Source of the DNA: Nitrospiraceae bacterium
GTDB taxonomy: Bacteria > Nitrospirota > Nitrospiria > Nitrospirales > Nitrospiraceae
Direction of reading: 5' to 3'
Assembly: GCA_900299245.1 (NCBI GenBank)
Contig: OMJA01000343.1
Location: 5,317-69,316 of the forward strand
Length of the DNA stretch: 64,000 nucleotides
The notes under the pieces were generated by a model that was not told the origin of the DNA, searched no databases, and worked only from the letters and a program-made list of their open reading frames with translations. The first letter of the stretch is position 1; every line of letters begins with the position of its first letter. Below, one piece after another: positions 59,693 through 64,000 of the stretch. A program made the translations under genes and the position numbers.

Positions 59693-60922
59693 ATGATGGA
59701 CGCATTCCGATTCGTTCCGCCGGCGGGTACGCCAATAAGCGTTGCCGATCTGCTAGGCAGCATAGGGGCTGCACTGATCAGTGCCGACACGCTGATGCAG
59801 TTCAAAGAAGCTGTCCGTGTGCGCGTCGGAGTGAGGTATTGCGACTTCGTTTCGACAGGCCGTGCAGGATTGACGCTGGCTCTGCTTGCACTGAAGGCTC
59901 TTGATGGGGGAAAGCGCGATGAGGTCGTTATTCCTGCCTACACGTGTTTTTCCGTGCCCTCGTCGGTCATTAAAGCCGGATTGAAGGTTCGTCTCGCTGA
60001 TGTCAACCCTACCACGCTCGACTTCGTACCTTCGGCGCTGGAAAAGCTTGATGGGTCGCGCGTGCTGGCGGTTGTGGCGACCAATCTCTACGGCTTACCA
60101 AGTGATCTCCCCTCGATTACCAGGCTGGCACATGACCGGGGTATTTATGTGGTGGATGATGCTGCCCAGTGTTTAGGCGGACAGGTCGGGGGCCGACCGT
60201 CAGGCACTTGGGGCGACGTCGGAATTTATAGCTTCGATAAAGGGAAAAACGTGACCTCGATCGATGGCGGCGTGCTCCTGACGAATTCCGATCAGGTCGC
60301 GGAAGCCATTGCCCGACAGGTTCAGGTGCTGCCGAAATGCAGAATGAGCGAGTCTGCAAGTCATCTGGCCAAACTTCTCGTCTATGCTGCGATGCTGCAC
60401 CCGCGGGCGTATTGGTTGCCCAATTCTCTTCCCTTTCTCGGTCTTGGGACCACTGCGTATCGGACGGATTACCCGCTGGCTCAGTACGACTCTTGGATGG
60501 CGCCGGTTGGCCATCGCCTCTTCGCACGCCTCGATGCCATCACGGCCCAGCGCCGTGCGAACGCCGATCGGCTGAAGCAGCTATTGCCATGGGGCCCTTT
60601 GCTCGATCCGGTGTTGCCAGGCCTGGATGCGGTACCGGCGTATCTTCGGTACCCGGTGCTGATTGACCCCGATTATCGGGATGCGGTCGTCGCAGCGCTG
60701 AAAGCGCACGGCATAGGCGCATCAGCCTCGTATCCGACGGCCATCATTGATGTGCCGGAATTGAGCGAGCAACTCCGATGCGAAGAGGGAGGGACCAGAG
60801 GTGGGCAGGCGGTCGCCCGTCGCATCGTTACTCTGCCAACACATGGATATGTGACCGCGCGCGATCAGGAGCGGATGGCGGCAGTGGTTTCGGCCGTGCT
60901 TGTCGGTGAAAGGCGCAAGTGA
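59693..60922 (+). CDS. DegT/DnrJ/EryC1-like PLP-dependent enzyme
   Basis: STGRAGL, VIPAYTC, VDDAAQ and SFDKGKN. Confidence 0.85.
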   Translation: MMDAFRFVPPAGTPISVADLLGSIGAALISADTLMQFKEAVRVRVGVRYCDFVSTGRAGLTLALLALKALDGGKRDEVVIPAYTCFSVPSSVIKAGLKVRLADVNPTTLDFVPSALEKLDGSRVLAVVATNLYGLPSDLPSITRLAHDRGIYVVDDAAQCLGGQVGGRPSGTWGDVGIYSFDKGKNVTSIDGGVLLTNSDQVAEAIARQVQVLPKCRMSESASHLAKLLVYAAMLHPRAYWLPNSLPFLGLGTTAYRTDYPLAQYDSWMAPVGHRLFARLDAITAQRRANADRLKQLLPWGPLLDPVLPGLDAVPAYLRYPVLIDPDYRDAVVAALKAHGIGASASYPTAIIDVPELSEQLRCEEGGTRGGQAVARRIVTLPTHGYVTARDQERMAAVVSAVLVGERRK

Positions 60923-61995
60923 TGTCTACGCTGACGGAGACAAGACTCCTGAAATCTATCGGGGCTTTGGGGCTTACGGAAGAGGCTTGGAATGCCTTGG
61001 CGTCTGAAAGTGAGACCAATTCAATATTTCAGACATATCAGTGGATGTCGAGTTGGGAAAAAGTGTTCGGGGGACAATGCGAGCCATGGTATTTCTCCGT
61101 AGCAGACCCATCCGGGATTGTCGGTGTCGCGCCGCTGATGGTGAAGCCTGGGCTTATGGGTGATCGGATCGTTCGTTTCCTAGGGGATGGAAAGGCAGAT
61201 TATTGCGACTTTCTGATCAAAGGAGAGAAACAGCAAGTGCTTGAGGCGATCTGTCAGGCTCTCTTTGCTGCCCGTGAACAGTGGGATGTTATTGAGCTGA
61301 ACAATATTCCCGGCGAATCGTCAACAGCAGCAACAGTGCAGAGTATTTGTCAGTGTGCAGGATTTCGTGTGCTGCAGCGGGACCTCTATCCAAGTCCTGC
61401 GTTGCTGATCAAGGGACATGAGGAAGAGGCTCAGACCATCTTCAATAAAGCCGGGTTGCGTCGCAGGCAGAATTACTTTCAGCGCATTGGGCGGCTGACG
61501 GTTAAGCATCTGACTGGGACCGCGGTTCTGCCTTGCCTTGAGGGGTTTTTCGATCAGCACATTGCCCGATGGGCTGACAGTGCAAGCCCCAGCCTTTTCC
61601 TGAACGAGCGCAATCGGGCTTTTTATCAGGAGCTGGCTCTCGCTCTGGCAGACAAGAAGTGGCTTCTGCTGTCAGTCGTGGAGTTGGATGACCGCCCACT
61701 CACTATGCATTATGGATTTGATTTTAACGAGCGGCTCTTATGGTACAAGCCTTCATTTGACCGAGTTCATTCTAAGCATTCGCCAGGCCTCGTCTTGCTC
61801 CGCCATTTGATTGGGTATGCCCTTGATCGCAAACGCGTGGAATTTGACTTCACAATCGGGGACGAACCATTTAAGAGCCGCTTCTCTAATTGTACGCGAA
61901 AGACTGTCAGTATTCAGATTTACCAAGATCCTGTCCGTTATTACCTGGCTTTGTCGAAGCAGAAGTTGAGTGCGGCAAAGAGGAGTCTCGTATGA
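60919..61995 (+). CDS. GNAT-family (CelD/BcsL-like) acyltransferase
   Basis: IFQTYQW, ADYCDFL, SPGLVLL and FDFTIGDEPFK. Confidence 0.85.
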   Translation: MMSTLTETRLLKSIGALGLTEEAWNALASESETNSIFQTYQWMSSWEKVFGGQCEPWYFSVADPSGIVGVAPLMVKPGLMGDRIVRFLGDGKADYCDFLIKGEKQQVLEAICQALFAAREQWDVIELNNIPGESSTAATVQSICQCAGFRVLQRDLYPSPALLIKGHEEEAQTIFNKAGLRRRQNYFQRIGRLTVKHLTGTAVLPCLEGFFDQHIARWADSASPSLFLNERNRAFYQELALALADKKWLLLSVVELDDRPLTMHYGFDFNERLLWYKPSFDRVHSKHSPGLVLLRHLIGYALDRKRVEFDFTIGDEPFKSRFSNCTRKTVSIQIYQDPVRYYLALSKQKLSAAKRSLV

Positions 61996-63104
61996 GTATG
62001 CATTCGAATGTGAGCCAGCGGAGTCCTGTGGATGTCAGCGTAGTAATTCCGACATACAATCGCGCTCGTTTGGTAGTTGAGTCGATCGAAAGTGCGCTTC
62101 GCCAGACGACTCCTCCGCGGGAAATCATCGTCGTCGATGACGGTTCGACTGACGACACGTCCCGTGTGTTAGCGTCGTTTGGAGATAGGATTATCTGCGT
62201 TCGTCAAGAGAACCAGGGGGTGGGGAGCGCCAGGAATCGTGGAATGGCTTTGGCTCGAGGCCGATACATCGCTTTTTTAGATTCGGACGACATCTGGCCG
62301 GAGTTCAAGCTTGAGCTGCAAGTTGCCGTGATGGAGGGAAATCCCGATCTTGGGTTGCTGTTTTCTGATTTTCTGATCATGCGAGAGACCGGGGAGTTGG
62401 TGCCTCACGGACTTCATACCTGGTACCACCATTCCAAGCCGTGGGAGGAGATTTTTGATCGAGTTGCCGTGTCAACCGTAAGCATTCCCTCAATCGTATC
62501 CCCTGTTCGCCTCTATTGTGGCTGGCTCTATCGAGCCTTGCTGGACGAGTTTTATGTACTAACCAGCTGCGCCATTGTCCGAGCGGACCGGTTGACTCCG
62601 GATGCGCGTTTTACCGAGGGAGTAAAGATCTATGAAGACTGGGAGTTCTTTGCGAGGATCTCAAGAACTTCTGTGACTGGATATTTGGAGCTGGATACGA
62701 CCATTAACCGAGGAGGGAATGACCGGCCAAGGGTCACAGATGCCAGCATTGCCAGTAAGGCGGAGAGTCGGCTGCGGATGATCGATGCGGTATGGAAGAG
62801 CGATCGGGAATTTTTGCTTGCCCATCAGGTTGACGTCAGAAAGGTTGAGTCAGATCAGTGTCTTGTTCTGGCCAAGGCGAGCCTATTTGATTCGGATTCA
62901 GACGCTGCACGCGCTGCGCTCCGGCGATATTTTCAGTTAGGCGATCGAGCCCGGTGGAGGATGGCGATTCTCCTGCTGGTATGTACGATGATTCCCTGCT
63001 CTGGGGCTATCCTACGCGGAGTTAGGAGTCATCTCTCAAGAATCCCGTCTGAGAAGCCGGTTTTAAGCGATTCGAAGCGGGCAGAGACGAGCGCAAGTGA
63101 ATAG
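61992..63104 (+). CDS. Glycosyltransferase family 2
   Basis: SVVIPTYN, VVDDGSTD, AFLDSDD and EDWEF. Confidence 0.92.
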   Translation: MSMHSNVSQRSPVDVSVVIPTYNRARLVVESIESALRQTTPPREIIVVDDGSTDDTSRVLASFGDRIICVRQENQGVGSARNRGMALARGRYIAFLDSDDIWPEFKLELQVAVMEGNPDLGLLFSDFLIMRETGELVPHGLHTWYHHSKPWEEIFDRVAVSTVSIPSIVSPVRLYCGWLYRALLDEFYVLTSCAIVRADRLTPDARFTEGVKIYEDWEFFARISRTSVTGYLELDTTINRGGNDRPRVTDASIASKAESRLRMIDAVWKSDREFLLAHQVDVRKVESDQCLVLAKASLFDSDSDAARAALRRYFQLGDRARWRMAILLLVCTMIPCSGAILRGVRSHLSRIPSEKPVLSDSKRAETSASE

Positions 63105-63178
63105 TTATGACGATGGAAGAGCTCCTGCTGTAGTCAAGTTGATGTTGAGATGTCTTTTGCCACAGTTAGAAGTCTGAG

Positions 63179-64000
63179 ATGGATAGACAAGGCTATGAAG
63201 CAGATGTTCTGACGAGGATCGCCGATATACGAGCAGCGGCATCCGACTGGGATGTGCTGGCAGCGCGAGCAGGGGGGCCGTTGCTTGGTGCGGACTGGTT
63301 TTTGGCCTGTGCGGAGACGCTCTGTGCCGAGTCCGATCTTCGTATCGTAGTCGTTCGATCGGAAAGAGCGTTGTGTGCTGTGGCGCCGCTCGTCCTGGTA
63401 AGGCGAGAAGGGCTGGAGTGGTTAGAGGTGCTTGGTGTATCGGCTCTCTATGAACCGACCGGATTTCTATTTGACAGCGCTGAGTCTCTCCAGTGTTTAG
63501 TTAGCAAGGTTATCAGTTTTAGGGTGCCGATAGTCCTCGCTAGAGTTCCTGCAGGTCCACCGCTAGAAACCACGTTTAGAATGCTGGCTCGGCATAATGG
63601 AATAGTGCTAAGTAGAAAGTCAGCAAGTGCAGCCTACGTAGAAGCAAGGGGAGCGTGGGAAGAGTATTTTCGTTCCATATCCGGGCAGCGACGGTATGAT
63701 TATCAACGCAAGCGTAAGCGGACAGAGCAGCTAGGACAGGTGGCTGTTCGGATCGAACGTCCCGATTCACGGGTCGATCTTCTGCATTTGCTTGAGGAGG
63801 TTTTTCGGGTCGAGGGAGCTGGTTGGAAGAGTCGGTCTGGATCTGCACTGCTTTCCAACGAACGTATCCGAAAGTTTATTGTTCGGTACAGTGAAATCGC
63901 CCGTGAGCGGGGAGTTCTCCGCGTATGTTTTTTAGAAGTGAACGGAAGTTCGATCGCAACGATTCTCGGAGTCGAGGCAGGCCAACGGTTTTGGGTACTC
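63179..64000 (+). CDS. Second CelD/BcsL-like GNAT acyltransferase, partial (not in the ORF track)
   Basis: Manual translation MDRQGYEA...WDVLAAR...VAPL...WEEYFRSISGQRR...VEGAGWK stays open to the window end. Confidence 0.8.
   Translation, partial: MDRQGYEADVLTRIADIRAAASDWDVLAARAGGPLLGADWFLACAETLCAESDLRIVVVRSERALCAVAPLVLVRREGLEWLEVLGVSALYEPTGFLFDSAESLQCLVSKVISFRVPIVLARVPAGPPLETTFRMLARHNGIVLSRKSASAAYVEARGAWEEYFRSISGQRRYDYQRKRKRTEQLGQVAVRIERPDSRVDLLHLLEEVFRVEGAGWKSRSGSALLSNERIRKFIVRYSEIARERGVLRVCFLEVNGSSIATILGVEAGQRFWVL

Overview
Bacterial chromosomal window; gene content and style suggest Nitrospira or a relative (inference). About 1-38 kb is GC-rich and mostly housekeeping: fbaB-type aldolase (partial), degP, yacL-ispD-ispF-cysE, psiF, truA, amidase, NYN nuclease, tatD, DAHP synthase, metG-holB-tmk, glmU-glmS, gatC-panD-gatA-(2 genes)-gatB, eno, ftsB, era, mgtE, recO, glgA. 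It contains a metal-handling cluster at 10.6-16.8 kb. From about 40 kb to the end is a visibly lower-GC exosortase-linked exopolysaccharide locus. Best leads: (1) a His-rich leader ORF ending in a RAPP arrest motif, whose codons can pair with the Shine-Dalgarno of the downstream TonB-dependent transporter, followed by a small exported TonB-C-terminal-like protein carrying its own His-substituted TonB-box-like strand; (2) four copies of a ~125-nt intergenic hairpin element with compensatory changes; (3) an orphan integron-cassette-like unit with half an attC; (4) a frameshifted rfaH followed by an ops-like site upstream of an AsnB/ACP/double adenylation/NadE-like tailoring module. All calls come from reading the sequence by eye; no searches or folding programs were run.
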